A DNA stretch of 51,470 bases from a virus: positions 1-51,470 of the IMG/VR virus record IMGVR_UViG_3300026522_000007. One strand, given 5' to 3'. Below are positions 1 to 9,736 of the stretch, one piece after another. Made by a program: the position numbers and the translations under genes. The notes beneath the pieces were generated by a model. That model searched no databases. It worked only from the letters and a program-made list of their open reading frames with translations, and had not been told where the DNA came from. How positions within the stretch are numbered: position 1 is the first letter of the stretch; every line of letters begins with the position of its first letter.

Positions 1-127
1 TTGAACTACCAAATACACCGTTGCCAATAAACGATGCAAAGTAAGCTGCAAACTGTTCGGCAAGATACACGCGGTCGTATTCCTCACCAACTAACTGTGC
101 GTTAAAAAATCCACATTCCTGAGCCAC
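1..127. repeat. Terminal direct repeat, identical to 51344..51470 (circular closure or assembly overlap)
   Basis: Read base by base: ttgaactaccaaatacacc...cattcctgagccac occurs at both ends of the window. Confidence 0.95.
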
Positions 128-143
128 GCTTCCTCACCTCCTG

Positions 144-1289
144 CTAATTTGTTGCGCGCTTCACTTTTTGTAATATTGTTGGATACGAATATCCAAACGT
201 AAGTATCAAAGCATACTCGTCATCAAAGTCCTCCTCAACACTTGTTACGGTAGCAGATACCTGAACCATCAACTGTTCATCAATAACAGTTACTTTATCA
301 CCTTTTTTGTAATCCACTCCAAACTCATATTGTACATCGCCGAACTGACGTATCTGTGCTTCAAATACTTCTGCTATTGTGTGCTCTGCCAACTTCTGGT
401 CACCACGTTCTACCAACGTTGCTCGATATTGTGTTGGAGTCAACTGTGTTGAACTTCCGTCCTCGCCATGCACTTCAGACTGCAAATCTCTTGCATCAAC
501 ATAAAGCTCTTTTCTCTCGAACCCCGTTCCATTAACAGAACCCGTGGTAACTGATACTCTGGCATGACTGGCGTCTTCTCCTTGAACAAGGGCCATTGTC
601 TTTTCATCTTCATTGTTGGAATAATACGAACTACTCAATATGTCTTCCAACTCCGTACTGAATACTACTGGGTCATTGCCACTCTGGTTATCCATTGTTC
701 GATCTTCGCCAGCTCGTACTTCAAACTTCAATTGCTGGTGGACTGGATCAAACAGGACACTAAAACCAATACCAGCATCATCCGCCAACTGATAAAGTGC
801 ATCATACAACTCTCCACCAGTCTTCTGGTATTGTGTGATCTGCTTTCCAACTTGTGCATCTGTTGCATTAACAAGATACGGTATCTTTCGTTTGGTATCG
901 CTTGGGTTGATTGCACACTTGTCAACCAGATCGTACATGATTGTACTCGTCTTTCCGGACTTAGTGTATCCACCCCAAACAATCCTGTCCGCCAGATACT
1001 TCTCAAGTGTTCTGCCCTTGACATTGTATAGCTTCTCACCATGTTCATCAATCTGAGATTTTACAATCTCGATAACTGCAGCGTTTTCACCACCAGTCCA
1101 TAACACATTTCCTTTTTTGATCAACTGAGCATTTGCATCTGTGATTGGCGCCCATAACTCAAAAAATGCATAACCGTTAAAAGCATCCGGCCATATCAAA
1201 CTCGTAAACTGCCCCAAGTCACCAATTGCTTCGAACTGTGTATTGTCTATTGCAAATACTGTGATCTGAATACTCTTACTTAATAGCAT
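144..1289 (-). CDS. Tail tip/baseplate protein in the Tal position (Siphovirus Gp37-like)
   Basis: 381 aa; GGAGG 7 nt before ATG; overlaps the Dit gene by 10 nt; N-terminus resembles the Gp37-like tail family from memory; synteny TMP-Dit-this-fibres. Confidence 0.55.
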   Translation of the reverse strand: MLLSKSIQITVFAIDNTQFEAIGDLGQFTSLIWPDAFNGYAFFELWAPITDANAQLIKKGNVLWTGGENAAVIEIVKSQIDEHGEKLYNVKGRTLEKYLADRIVWGGYTKSGKTSTIMYDLVDKCAINPSDTKRKIPYLVNATDAQVGKQITQYQKTGGELYDALYQLADDAGIGFSVLFDPVHQQLKFEVRAGEDRTMDNQSGNDPVVFSTELEDILSSSYYSNNEDEKTMALVQGEDASHARVSVTTGSVNGTGFERKELYVDARDLQSEVHGEDGSSTQLTPTQYRATLVERGDQKLAEHTIAEVFEAQIRQFGDVQYEFGVDYKKGDKVTVIDEQLMVQVSATVTSVEEDFDDEYALILTFGYSYPTILQKVKRATN

Positions 1290-2182
1290 CCCTGAACCTC
1301 CAAATACTTGTTATAGAAATACACATACACTTCAAGTGCATCCACATTTGCATCTGCATCATATCTGAACAGATTATCTCCAACACCTAACTGAAGCCAT
1401 GTACTACCAAAATCTCTGTACTTGAAATAGTTGCTTGTAACATCACTCAACGTACCTTTGATAGACTTCTCTCCAATATTGGTGTTAATCGTTATCTGTT
1501 CGCCTGCTACCAACGTCTTGTTGATTTTGAAGTACTCCTGAGTCTCAACATTAGTAAACATTGGCCCAGTAACTGTTCCCAGTGCCTTGAATACCAACTT
1601 CATACCTACACCAACAGCACCGCCATTGTACACATCGATGATCAAACTTGGCTCTCTTAATCCAAAGATTGCTCTTGGCGGATCAAGGTCTGTCTTGTTC
1701 AGGATCATCGGGAAGTGGAACAGTCCTCTTGTTGTGGCTGCTTCAACCAGATTCTCGTTGCTTATTCTGAACAGTGGATCAGGTGCTGTGCCTTCAATCT
1801 TGAACTTACAAACCACATCGTTATTCTCAGCTACTGTTGCACTATACTTAACCGAAGTATCCGGCAAGAAATCCAACTTGTATTCTTTGTAACTTAACGT
1901 CACTAATTGCTGTGGATTGACAAACCGATTGAGGAATGTTTTCAGACTTGTCATCTGGTCCTCGTTGTTTGCAACAATCCATCCTGTTATCTCCACTGGC
2001 CTTGTTTCAAGGCTTGTGCCTGTCACATACACTCCAACCTGGTTTACATACTTATACGAATGATGAGTACTTTGTATCTCACCCCACGTACATACATCAA
2101 GTATGTAGTTGGGAGTGGTGACCTTATCAAGCTCAAGTGTTGCAGACGTAGCATTATTTAGCAACACAATATTCTCTACCAT
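1280..2182 (-). CDS. Distal tail protein (Dit-like)
   Basis: 300 aa immediately after the tape measure gene; AAAGGAG RBS; size and position typical of siphovirus Dit. Confidence 0.6.
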   Translation of the reverse strand: MVENIVLLNNATSATLELDKVTTPNYILDVCTWGEIQSTHHSYKYVNQVGVYVTGTSLETRPVEITGWIVANNEDQMTSLKTFLNRFVNPQQLVTLSYKEYKLDFLPDTSVKYSATVAENNDVVCKFKIEGTAPDPLFRISNENLVEAATTRGLFHFPMILNKTDLDPPRAIFGLREPSLIIDVYNGGAVGVGMKLVFKALGTVTGPMFTNVETQEYFKINKTLVAGEQITINTNIGEKSIKGTLSDVTSNYFKYRDFGSTWLQLGVGDNLFRYDADANVDALEVYVYFYNKYLEVQGCY

Positions 2183-2199
2183 GATGCACCACTCCTTTC

Positions 2200-5100
2200 T
2201 TAGAATCCTTCTGCCATATCTTGCTTCGTCTTCTTCATCTGTTTAGCAGCTTCAATTTCATCAATGGCCTTAGGACTATTGAATATGAATGTATCACCAT
2301 TTCCACCAGTGTCTTTGTCCTTCGGATTTGTTCTATCAATATAACCCTCAGAACCACCAGACTTAGTGAATCCATTATAGCCAATATATCCAAGAGTACC
2401 ATCAGAGTTAACAATCACCTGACCAGCTCTAATAAGCATATCAAGCGACTGCATCATGTTGTCAACAGAGTTTCCGATTCTGCTTTCAATGGACTCAAAC
2501 CAAAGTGCAACCTCATTATAAATCGACTTAAGCTTGTCAGCAAATCCAGATACCGTAATACCAGCACCAACTGAAATGTCATCAGTGTCAATATTATCGA
2601 TTCCCTTATTCAGGTCTTTCTGAATTGCTTTCATAGCCGAAGGCATTGCAGCTTCAAAACCTTGAACAATGCCAGGTGGTATCCAACGACCAACCTCATC
2701 TCTGAATACCTTAGACGGAGAACCAATACCAAGAGCATGTTTCACACCATCAACAATACCGGAAAAGAAGTTTCTAACCTGACTGGTAAACCATCCGGCT
2801 GCATTTCTAATACCATTCCAAACACCAGTAACAATATTAGTACCAATCGACATAACTTTGCCTGAGATTCCGCTTGCTGCCGACATGACATTGTTGATAA
2901 GCGATTGAACTGCCTCTCTACCTTTTTGTCCCATTTGAGCAACCCAGGTGACAAGGTTATTTATCGCAATATCGAGATACTGCTTAATTTTTCCCGGCAG
3001 CTGTTGCATAAAACTTACTACATTACTGATGAAGTTAGCGCCCATCTCGCGTGCTTTGCTGGACATATTAGTGGACCACGTTTGCACGTTATTAAAAGCA
3101 CTTGTAATAAACTGCAATACTTTACCAGGAAGCTGAGTGAAGAAACTAACAACATTGTTGATGAAGTTTGTTCCCATCTCTCGAGCTTTATTTACCATGT
3201 TGGTTGCCCAAATCTGAACATTGTTAAACGCATCGGTAATGAATTGTAGTATCTTGTCCGGAAGCTGGGTAAAGAACGACACCACATTATTGAGGAAATT
3301 CGTTCCCATTTCCCTAGCTTTGGCCACCATGTTACCAACCCAAATTACGATGTTGGTCAGTGTATTACCAATAAAATAGCCAACCTTATACGGCAAATTC
3401 GTAAAGAAACTTACGACTGCATTCAGAAAGTTTTGCCCCATTTCGTTTGCTTTGGCAACCATATTGCTTACCCATGTCACGACCGAGTTATACGCATTCG
3501 TAATTAAGTTTGCAATATTCGTAGGAAGCTGAGCAAAGAAATTTATGATAGTCGTAATGAAATTGGACACTGCCATCTTAATGAAACTTATTACATTCGA
3601 GAAGAACGAAGTAATTCCATTCCAAATATCTACAAAGAACTGCTTGATATTTGTCCAAGTCTCATCCCATGTAGTTCCAAACCAGCCTAACACAGTATCA
3701 GCAATTCCTTTGAATACTATAGTCCAAGATTCGAAAGTTCCCTCAATCAAATCCCAAACAGCACCAAATATCTCTTTGACACCTTGCCAAGCTTGGTCCC
3801 AATTACCGGTAAAGATACCGATAAACACATCAAAGATTCCGATCAATGCATCGAGCACCGAGCCAAGAATCACACTTATCTGATTGAATACCCCTTCGAA
3901 TATCGGGGCAAGTAAACTACAGAAGCCGTCCCAAATTGCTTTTACGACCTCACCAAAATTCTCAAAATCAAAACCAAGAGCATTTAGCCTATCGACTATG
4001 CCTTGAGCAAATGATTCGAACTTGGATTTTATACCGTCCCAAATTGCTGTCATCTTGTTTCTGAACTCTTCATTAGTTTTCCACAAGTGTGCAAATGCAG
4101 CAATTAGAACAACAATCACAGCAACCACAGCTACAACCGGAGCAGAAATTCCACCAATAGCAGCGCCAAGCTTTGATGCTTGAGCTGCAAACCCAGGAAA
4201 ACCTGCTCTAGCAAGAGCTATACCCTCACCAATATTCTTAAAGCTAGTAACCATCTTGGTCATTCCTCCGGAAATTGCAGAAACTGCTCCAGGAATTTTA
4301 CCGAATGTAGTAATTATACTACCAACACTCGATGTCAGTTTACCAAGTACAATAAGTACCGGACCAATAGCTGCAACTATTGCTGCTATTTTAATTACTT
4401 GCTGTTTCTCTTCTTCAGACAGACTAGACAACCAATCATTCAGCTTCTGTATTAATGCTACACCCTTCTCAATAAAAGGTAACAACATTTCTTTTAATGT
4501 ATCACCAAGCTGAATCAATGCATTCTTACCATTCTGAAGTGCTACACCCAATTTATGCTGAGTTGTATCAGCCATAGTTTCAAATGCCGATTCTGTATCG
4601 CCTTGTGTTGTCTGAAAATCTTTTAATGTAGAGTTATAATCCTCAGTCTCAGTATTAAGTAACGCCAATGCTGCTTTGCTTGCTTCTTGACTACTCCACA
4701 AATCATTAAAACCTACACCAGTATCATCTGTTTCCTGCTGCAGTATGTCAAGTACATCTCTTAATGATGCACCACTATCCATCAACTCTTGGAAACTCTT
4801 TCCTGTCCTTGCTTTTAATATATCAGATACAGTGGTTCCACTTTTACCAAGTTCATTAAACATACTATTCAAGTATGTAGTAGATTCTGCAGTTCCAATA
4901 CCACCAGCAGTCAAATATGAGTAAGCTGTACCTAAGTCTTCAAGCGATACTCCCATTGCATTTGCAGTAGGAATAACTTTACCCATAGTCTGTGCCAACT
5001 CGTTCACAGTTGTTTTACCTTTGTTCTGTGTACTGATTAACACATCACTAATATGTGTTGCATCATCGGCTGACAAACCATAAGCATTTATAATTGTCGT

Positions 5101-5586
5101 CAACGCATCAACTGCTGTCGTTGTATCTGAAAAACCTGCTGTTGCAAGTTTAGACGCATTTGCTACAAACTGAACTGAACTAGCTGTATCTACACCAGCA
5201 GATATTGCTTGATATGTTGCCTCTGCAATATCTGATGCGGATGCGCCAGTCTCGTTCGATAACTTAACTATTTCAGACTTGATTGAGTCAATTGATTTCT
5301 CAGTTGTATCAGCAATTGTTTCAACTTTTGCCATTGCTGTTTCAAACTGGGTCGAAAATGTAAAAGCTGTCGTTCCAGCTGTTACCAGCGGTACTGTCAA
5401 AATCTTGGTAAGAGTCGAACCTGCAGAAGTCAAGCTCTTACCTGCACTGGAAAGATTGTTTCCAATTTTTGTTGTGATATTCTTACTTGCGGTGTTAGCT
5501 TGACTTTGAGCAGACCGTAAACCTGATAGAAAACCAGAAATATCCAAGTCAAGGTAACCAACAGCAGAACCAACATCAATAGCCAC
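2200..5586 (-). CDS. Tape measure protein
   Basis: About 1128 aa, the longest ORF; Ala/Gly/Ser-rich helical N-terminus, central hydrophobic block, tandem 44-aa repeats; GTG at 5586 sits 8 nt after GGAGG (the track start 5595 has no spacer). Confidence 0.9.
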   Translation of the reverse strand: MAIDVGSAVGYLDLDISGFLSGLRSAQSQANTASKNITTKIGNNLSSAGKSLTSAGSTLTKILTVPLVTAGTTAFTFSTQFETAMAKVETIADTTEKSIDSIKSEIVKLSNETGASASDIAEATYQAISAGVDTASSVQFVANASKLATAGFSDTTTAVDALTTIINAYGLSADDATHISDVLISTQNKGKTTVNELAQTMGKVIPTANAMGVSLEDLGTAYSYLTAGGIGTAESTTYLNSMFNELGKSGTTVSDILKARTGKSFQELMDSGASLRDVLDILQQETDDTGVGFNDLWSSQEASKAALALLNTETEDYNSTLKDFQTTQGDTESAFETMADTTQHKLGVALQNGKNALIQLGDTLKEMLLPFIEKGVALIQKLNDWLSSLSEEEKQQVIKIAAIVAAIGPVLIVLGKLTSSVGSIITTFGKIPGAVSAISGGMTKMVTSFKNIGEGIALARAGFPGFAAQASKLGAAIGGISAPVVAVVAVIVVLIAAFAHLWKTNEEFRNKMTAIWDGIKSKFESFAQGIVDRLNALGFDFENFGEVVKAIWDGFCSLLAPIFEGVFNQISVILGSVLDALIGIFDVFIGIFTGNWDQAWQGVKEIFGAVWDLIEGTFESWTIVFKGIADTVLGWFGTTWDETWTNIKQFFVDIWNGITSFFSNVISFIKMAVSNFITTIINFFAQLPTNIANLITNAYNSVVTWVSNMVAKANEMGQNFLNAVVSFFTNLPYKVGYFIGNTLTNIVIWVGNMVAKAREMGTNFLNNVVSFFTQLPDKILQFITDAFNNVQIWATNMVNKAREMGTNFINNVVSFFTQLPGKVLQFITSAFNNVQTWSTNMSSKAREMGANFISNVVSFMQQLPGKIKQYLDIAINNLVTWVAQMGQKGREAVQSLINNVMSAASGISGKVMSIGTNIVTGVWNGIRNAAGWFTSQVRNFFSGIVDGVKHALGIGSPSKVFRDEVGRWIPPGIVQGFEAAMPSAMKAIQKDLNKGIDNIDTDDISVGAGITVSGFADKLKSIYNEVALWFESIESRIGNSVDNMMQSLDMLIRAGQVIVNSDGTLGYIGYNGFTKSGGSEGYIDRTNPKDKDTGGNGDTFIFNSPKAIDEIEAAKQMKKTKQDMAEGF
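2930..3575 (-). repeat. Tandem 132-bp (44-aa) repeats inside the tape measure gene, about 5 copies
   Basis: Unit boundaries at 3043, 3175, 3307 and 3439 are exactly 132 nt apart; peptide unit NF(L/I)NNVVSFFTQLPxK(I/V)LQFITxAFNNVQxWxTNMVxKAREMGx. Confidence 0.85.
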
Positions 5587-5604
5587 AACTCTCACCTCCC
5601 TTAC

Positions 5605-5799
5605 TTATCCAGTATAATGCTTGTACAAGTCCTTAAAAGAACTAAACTTCAGTCTAAAGCTTGGCTCTTCCCCCTCCTCCATTTTTCTGATGATGTAAGC
5701 GCAAGCTTCGTCAAAGCAGTATGCTGTGTAAGGGTCAGTTATATCTAACAAAGAACTAGGGCGGCAACGATAAACATTTGCCAGCCCCAGCACATTCAA
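5605..5799 (-). CDS. Tail assembly chaperone, downstream (T-like) segment
   Basis: 64-aa ORF between the chaperone and TMP genes; in +1 frame relative to the upstream ORF; weak RBS and a TTG start, so it may be made by frameshifting. Confidence 0.45.
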   Translation of the reverse strand: MNVLGLANVYRCRPSSLLDITDPYTAYCFDEACAYIIRKMEEGEEPSFRLKFSSFKDLYKHYTG

Positions 5800-5806
5800 A
5801 ATCTTT

Positions 5807-6298
5807 TTACTCTTTACGAAAGGATTCCAGAGCTTTTACTCCATTCTGAGTGTAATTGAAGATAGCCATAATCTGGTCATCAGAAAGCTCCATACCGGCC
5901 TGCTGAATCTCATCATACGTAGGCTGAACCAAAGAGGCTCTTGCAATTACTTCACAGATGCCATACACATCAGAGAGCATATTCTCATTGTCGGCATCCA
6001 TACCTGCACCACCATTAGAGAACAACTCTCCTGCAGCAGTCAGCAAAGTATTCGGAATCTTGCCCTGTTTAGCCAAAACAAGCATACTCGGTCTACGAAC
6101 ACGAGCAACAAAAGGCTGACCTTCCGCAAAATCAGGGAAACGAACTACAGTGCCAGCAGCATAACTCTGCAAGTCTGCCAGTGTAGTGATATTCATAGGA
6201 GTATCACAATTCACCGGCTTAACCTGCTGAGGCTGAGGCATCATCTGTCCCCCAAACTGACCATTCACAACTCCATTATTTCCATACATGTTATCCAT
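5807..6298 (-). CDS. Tail assembly chaperone (G-like)
   Basis: 163 aa between the major tail and TMP genes; ATG at 6298 follows AAAGGAA. Confidence 0.55.
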   Translation of the reverse strand: MDNMYGNNGVVNGQFGGQMMPQPQQVKPVNCDTPMNITTLADLQSYAAGTVVRFPDFAEGQPFVARVRRPSMLVLAKQGKIPNTLLTAAGELFSNGGAGMDADNENMLSDVYGICEVIARASLVQPTYDEIQQAGMELSDDQIMAIFNYTQNGVKALESFRKE

Positions 6299-6323
6299 GA
6301 TTCTCAATTTCCTTTCTTATTAT

Positions 6324-6899
6324 TTACGTAGTCTGCAATACAGGAAGTGCTTCTACGTAGCTGATGTCATAAGGTGCTTCGCCTGTCTTAGGCGCACTGT
6401 TGATAGTATATTCCGGAGCGCGGAAAACACCATCTTCCGAACCAAACGCAACAGGAACACCCTGGCAGTTCGGATACGTAATCTTCTCGTACTGAACAAT
6501 CTGACCAGACGCATCATACTGGGCAGAATAAGCATTCAGCTTAAATACTTCGCCCTTGTCAGCAGAACCTGCAATAGGCGGAGTATATCCAACAACCTTT
6601 GTCGGAGTTTTACCATCATACTTGATAGTACCACCCTGGAGAATCAGAACGAGTTCAGGATTGAAGACATTATCGGTAAGAGTAATCTTATTACCAGTAA
6701 TGGTTGTAATCTTCGGTTTCTGAGCACGAAGGATGCCTTTTACAACCAGCTTAACGGCATCTTCCTCTTCAATCTGAGGCTCGACTTCAATCTTGTTTGC
6801 AGTGTCAAAACCAAATTCACCATCACTGGTTTCAATGGTAACAAGGCAACAATCAATAGTCGCAATTTCAGCTTTGGACTTTTTAACAGTACCAGCCAT
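6324..6899 (-). CDS. Major tail protein
   Basis: 191 aa; AGGAGG 9 nt before ATG; lies upstream of the chaperone pair; beta-rich composition. Confidence 0.7.
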   Translation of the reverse strand: MAGTVKKSKAEIATIDCCLVTIETSDGEFGFDTANKIEVEPQIEEEDAVKLVVKGILRAQKPKITTITGNKITLTDNVFNPELVLILQGGTIKYDGKTPTKVVGYTPPIAGSADKGEVFKLNAYSAQYDASGQIVQYEKITYPNCQGVPVAFGSEDGVFRAPEYTINSAPKTGEAPYDISYVEALPVLQTT

Positions 6900-6913
6900 C
6901 GTTATTTTCCTCC

Positions 6914-7291
6914 TTATAGAATTTTCTTGTGATTCTTGTATTCAATACTAATCATGTGAGCTTTGTAGCTATCATCATAATAGCTCGGAGTTTGACTTCC
7001 ATACGGCATAATCATCGGTTCTAACTCCTTCATGGCCTTTTTGACCTTTTGAACCAGCGGCTCAAGTGTACTATATGCTTGTTTAGGCACATAACACATT
7101 ACTGCATATAAGTCATCATCCGTACTGAAGTTCGGAAGTTTTAAAGAACCATCATTCTTTACAACTATGTATTCCTTAGTACAATCACCAGTTTTTACAC
7201 CAGGCGAATATACATCAAAACCTGATTTCTTCAAATGCAAGTACATGTCCTGCCATCTTGAATCAGCATATTCAAAATTTGCATCAACCAT
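6914..7291 (-). CDS. Tail completion/terminator-like protein
   Basis: 125 aa; GAGGTG 6 nt before ATG at 7291; call rests on synteny only. Confidence 0.4.
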   Translation of the reverse strand: MVDANFEYADSRWQDMYLHLKKSGFDVYSPGVKTGDCTKEYIVVKNDGSLKLPNFSTDDDLYAVMCYVPKQAYSTLEPLVQKVKKAMKELEPMIMPYGSQTPSYYDDSYKAHMISIEYKNHKKIL

Positions 7292-7301
7292 ACTTATCAC
7301 C

Positions 7302-7664
7302 TCACAGTTTTAGTTTGCTCATAAGATTGTCAAGGTCACTTACGATTCTTGGACCTTCCTCTCTAACTGTTGGAGCAATAATCGCATAGTTCTTTTCGTG
7401 TGCAAGCTCAAGCCAAATACCATAATCTACACCATGAGCAAGTGTAATACGAACTATGGTCGGACTTGGTTTCGATACTTTCGCATTCAGCAAAGCTTTC
7501 GCCATACCAGTTCTATCGGTCCAAGGACGATTCATTTTCATCTTTGCTTGCAACTCTCTTGCTTTAGTTGCCGAATACATCAAAATAACTGCACCAAGCT
7601 TTACGGACATCTTATCCAAATTCTTTTTTAATGAGCTGCTATCATAATCAAGCTTGAACGACAT
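7302..7664 (-). CDS. HK97 gp10-like neck/tail component
   Basis: 120 aa; GGAGG 9 nt before ATG at 7664; NRPWTDRTG...GVDYGIWLE resembles the gp10 family. Confidence 0.55.
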   Translation of the reverse strand: MSFKLDYDSSSLKKNLDKMSVKLGAVILMYSATKARELQAKMKMNRPWTDRTGMAKALLNAKVSKPSPTIVRITLAHGVDYGIWLELAHEKNYAIIAPTVREEGPRIVSDLDNLMSKLKL

Positions 7665-8031
7665 TATCAACCACCTCCAAAGATATATCTGCAATGATGT
7701 TCCATTCCTGGATATTCACTACACCGGTAACCTTGAGAGTTTTATTGTTGATTTTTAGTTCATCACCGACCTGTAAAACTAAGCTAGCGGCATCTTCATA
7801 CAAGCACAAAATCATTGGAATTTTCTTTGTACGAACCTGAGTTGTGTCTCCAGTCGTAACTTGGACACTGCTATTTTGCTCGTGATACAATCCTCGAATT
7901 GTACCAACCACAATAGGCTCACCAACCGGCTCACCAAAGTCATTCACACCAGACCTCTTAAACTCGTAATCAATACCGCTTCGCTTTAACTCTCTTTTGA
8001 TTTTGTATGCTTCAAACTGAGTGTTTATCAT
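7648..8031 (-). CDS. Head closure / head-tail adaptor protein
   Basis: 127 aa; AGGAGG RBS; call rests on position in the connector block. Confidence 0.45.
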   Translation of the reverse strand: MINTQFEAYKIKRELKRSGIDYEFKRSGVNDFGEPVGEPIVVGTIRGLYHEQNSSVQVTTGDTTQVRTKKIPMILCLYEDAASLVLQVGDELKINNKTLKVTGVVNIQEWNIIADISLEVVDNVVQA

Positions 8032-8294
8032 CTTGGCACCTCCTGCTCATTGAGGATGCCTGAATTAAACGGTTTGAAGCGAGATGCTAATCGCTTAAAA
8101 TAAGCTGAAGTATTTTGTGTGGATAAACCACTGACAGATATTGTAGAATCTTCAGACTTAATGATAAGCATCTCATAAATGGTAGCATTTACGTTACCAT
8201 TATTCTTATCCAGATAATACTGGAAGTCATCCTCTTCAAAATAAGGTGACTGAGCCTCTCGTACTTCTTTCTTGATTCTTTCAATATCCGTCAT
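8028..8294 (-). CDS. Head-tail connector protein (gp6-like)
   Basis: 88 aa; ATGA-type coupling to the next gene; call rests on synteny. Confidence 0.4.
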   Translation of the reverse strand: MTDIERIKKEVREAQSPYFEEDDFQYYLDKNNGNVNATIYEMLIIKSEDSTISVSGLSTQNTSAYFKRLASRFKPFNSGILNEQEVPR

Positions 8295-8305
8295 AGGCTC
8301 ACCTC

Positions 8306-8611
8306 TTACTCACCGTCAATGAAAGACTTGATAATCTCCTTAGCTTCGTTGGCGTTCTTAGTACCGGAGATGTCAATCTTCTTAATAGCTGCAAAACGCT
8401 TTACCTCTTCCTTATTCCACTGAGAAATAGGCTTTTCGAGAATCTCTTCTACGAAAATATCATCCTCAGATTTTTCAGGAGCAGCAGGTGCTTCAGGAGC
8501 TTTAGCTTCAGCCTTCTCGTCTACCAGCTTGTACCCCTGACGAGAATAAATCCCGTCAAAGGCACCTCTGGTTACTTCAAACACATTCACACCATTCGTA
8601 ATCTTAACCAT
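8306..8611 (-). CDS. Hypothetical protein after the capsid gene, with an HeH/SAP-like C-terminus
   Basis: 101 aa; GAGGAGG RBS; Ala/Pro/Glu linker followed by WNKEEVKRFAAIKKIDISGTKNANEAKEII. Confidence 0.5.
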   Translation of the reverse strand: MVKITNGVNVFEVTRGAFDGIYSRQGYKLVDEKAEAKAPEAPAAPEKSEDDIFVEEILEKPISQWNKEEVKRFAAIKKIDISGTKNANEAKEIIKSFIDGE

Positions 8612-8629
8612 AGTTCAGTCCTCCTCTGC

Positions 8630-9664
8630 TTATTTTGCATCAGTGTCCAGAATGTAAACCTGGTCAGCAGCTTCAAAGGAAGGCAGACAAATCATAGAAA
8701 CAATAGTCTCAACCTGAACAGGGTCTGCTTTCTGAACAGTAGTAACGGCAACACCGGTATCAGTGATAGATACATTCGCAACAGAACCAGACATGAGGTC
8801 AGATTCAGCAGGAGTAGTACCAAACCAGGTCTTACCAAGGTCACCGTCAGGGAACATGACGAAAGTGTTCTCAGGCATAAACTTAGCAGCTGTGCCAGCT
8901 TCATCCTTGTAACGCTTGTCGTTAACAACAACATCGATTTCAAGCTCGTCCATAATGTACTGGCGAAGCTGCTTATCAGAAATAGCACCAGCACCATTAG
9001 TAAGAACGAAGATTGCTTTCTTAATCTTTTCATTGTTGCGGATGTTTCTCCAAGTCTTGCCATCACACATAGCACGAGTGATAACAGCACCTGTCTCGTC
9101 CTGAATCTTTTCTTTAGCTACTCTGATGTCCTCAATAGGATCAGATGTGTCATGATTAGACCAAGATACAGCCGCATTACCCTTATGAGTTACACCATAG
9201 TCAAAAGTAAAGCTCTGGCCATTTGCAGCCATAGAGATAATACCGGTAGTGAGTGCCATCATACGCATTCTCTCACGAGAAGCGCGAGCACCACGAAGCA
9301 GACGAGTTTCATCGTCAAAAATCTTGTTCATTACTGAATCGATGTAAGCCTGGTTGCCAGTCTCAAGAACAAGATTGAGTTCCTGACGAAGCTCTTCATC
9401 GATATATGTAGACTCTTTGAAGTACGGCATCTCTGCAGTAAGCTTTTCAAAGCCAATACGTGCACGAGGAATTGCATGTACATCAAACGCGGAAGTCTTA
9501 AGCACAACAGGCAGACCTTTACTACCCTTAATCCACTTGAGTGAAATGCCACGCTTCTTGTCATCAGGGAACAGCTCTTCGCAAGGATACGGAGCTTCGT
9601 CCTGAGTGAGCTCTTCCCAATATGCAACGAGTTCAGTGCTCTGCATTAAATCGAAAATAGTCAT
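8630..9664 (-). CDS. Major capsid protein (lambda gpE-like family)
   Basis: 344 aa; GAGGAGG RBS; lies after the scaffold and decoration genes; N-terminal pattern recalls the capsid protein E family. Confidence 0.8.
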   Translation of the reverse strand: MTIFDLMQSTELVAYWEELTQDEAPYPCEELFPDDKKRGISLKWIKGSKGLPVVLKTSAFDVHAIPRARIGFEKLTAEMPYFKESTYIDEELRQELNLVLETGNQAYIDSVMNKIFDDETRLLRGARASRERMRMMALTTGIISMAANGQSFTFDYGVTHKGNAAVSWSNHDTSDPIEDIRVAKEKIQDETGAVITRAMCDGKTWRNIRNNEKIKKAIFVLTNGAGAISDKQLRQYIMDELEIDVVVNDKRYKDEAGTAAKFMPENTFVMFPDGDLGKTWFGTTPAESDLMSGSVANVSITDTGVAVTTVQKADPVQVETIVSMICLPSFEAADQVYILDTDAK

Positions 9665-9687
9665 CTGTTTATCCTCCTCTTCTTCCT

Positions 9688-9736
9688 TAGCATCGTCGAC
9701 TGGAATCTATAGATTAGTCAGGTACATTATAATGCC
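9688..9736 (-). repeat. 49-nt imperfect direct repeat, copy B (3' end and downstream untranslated region of the 9727..10110 gene)
   Basis: tagcatcgtcgactggaatct is identical to 9912..9932; the flanks match at about 40/49 overall. Confidence 0.85.

Noticed and set aside
6288-6932. 214-aa plus-strand ORF (with a similar case at 50331..50924)
   Set aside because: These are antisense shadows of the major tail protein and tail-fibre genes. All well-supported genes, RBSs, promoters and terminators are on the minus strand.
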